Shown piece by piece: positions 56,058 to 56,476 of a DNA stretch of 56,476 bases. This DNA is from Chrysochromulina tobinii. Its lineage: Eukaryota. The stretch lies in the NCBI GenBank assembly GCA_001275005.1, contig JWZX01002988.1, forward strand, positions 1-56,476. Direction: 5' to 3'. The position numbers and the translations under genes were made by a program. Below the pieces are notes generated by a model. It worked only from the letters and a program-made list of their open reading frames with translations, was not told the origin of the DNA and ran no database searches. Position 1 is the first letter of the stretch; each line of letters begins with the position of its first letter.

Positions 56058-56476
56058 TCAGGTTCGCACCGAGACTTCGATCGACACGGTGAAGTTCACG
56101 CCACCGGCTGGGAAAGGCGGCAGGGGGGGGTCAAGAGTCCTTTGGGCCCGTCTGCGTCCCGATGCCGCTAGTGGCGGTGCAGACGGTGAGGGCGGAGGTG
56201 GAGACGGCGATGGCGGCGGCGGAGACGGCGACGGCGACGGCGGCGGCTGCGAAGGCGGTGGCGGCGACGAGGGCGGTAGCGAGGGCGGTGGTGGCGAGGG
56301 CGAGGGTGGCGGCGGCGAGGGCGGAGGCGGAGGGGATGGCGGCGGTGGCGAGGGCGGTGGCGAGGGCGGTGGCGAGGGCGGCGGCGGAGAGGGCGGCGGC
56401 GGCGGCGAGGGCGGTGGCGGCGAGGGAGGCGGCGGAGAGGGCGGAGGCCGGGGCGGGGGCGAGGGCGGCGGCGGAG
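56058..56476 (-). CDS. 3' part of a Ser-Pro(n) extensin-like protein, truncated by the window edge
   Basis: Open frame (SPPPP)n...PSAPPLAASGRRRAQRTLDPPLPPFPAGGVNFTVSIEVSVRT-stop; it may instead splice at TCG|GTGCGA. Confidence 0.65.
   Translation of the reverse strand, partial: PPPPSPPPRPPPSPPPPSPPPPSPPPPPSPPPPSPPPSPPPSPPPPSPPPPPSPPPPSPSPPPPSLPPSSPPPPSQPPPSPSPSPPPPSPSPPPPSPSAPPLAASGRRRAQRTLDPPLPPFPAGGVNFTVSIEVSVRT

Overview
GC-rich, gene-dense eukaryotic nuclear DNA with about 21 protein genes, many in short head-to-head pairs. It is most likely a haptophyte-type alga; this is inferred from intron style, a bipartite plastid-targeting peptide and Ser-Pro/Cys-repeat proteins. Recognisable products: methionine aminopeptidase 2, a CCCH-Nudix-DEDDy exonuclease fusion, an Sfi1-like/WD40 protein, a CbbX/SpoVK-like tandem AAA+ ATPase, JmjC and other 2OG-Fe(II) oxygenases, a mosaic ARM/FAM21-like/UBL/WWE/PARP protein, a GNRD-type metallophosphoesterase with EF-hands, an ankyrin-IQ protein, a disrupted Pro/Cys-rich TM HET-like/LRR receptor-like gene, a sulfotransferase-fold protein and a probable FANCF homologue. 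The strongest signal lies in the introns. Ten GT-AG introns can be rebuilt by joining split ORFs in frame. Six are bracketed by 13-29 nt near-perfect direct repeats of the adjacent exon, and the repeat supplies the donor and/or acceptor. Eight of ten downstream exons begin with GT. The interiors are stuttered ~10-nt repeats that share a TGATTGCCTC..CAG 3' module. In-frame, apparently unspliced versions of the same 'duplication + filler' layout sit inside exons. Together this suggests ongoing intron creation by duplication or templated repair. All family assignments come from motifs read by eye; no searches were run. No rRNA, tRNA, CRISPR array or transposase was seen.
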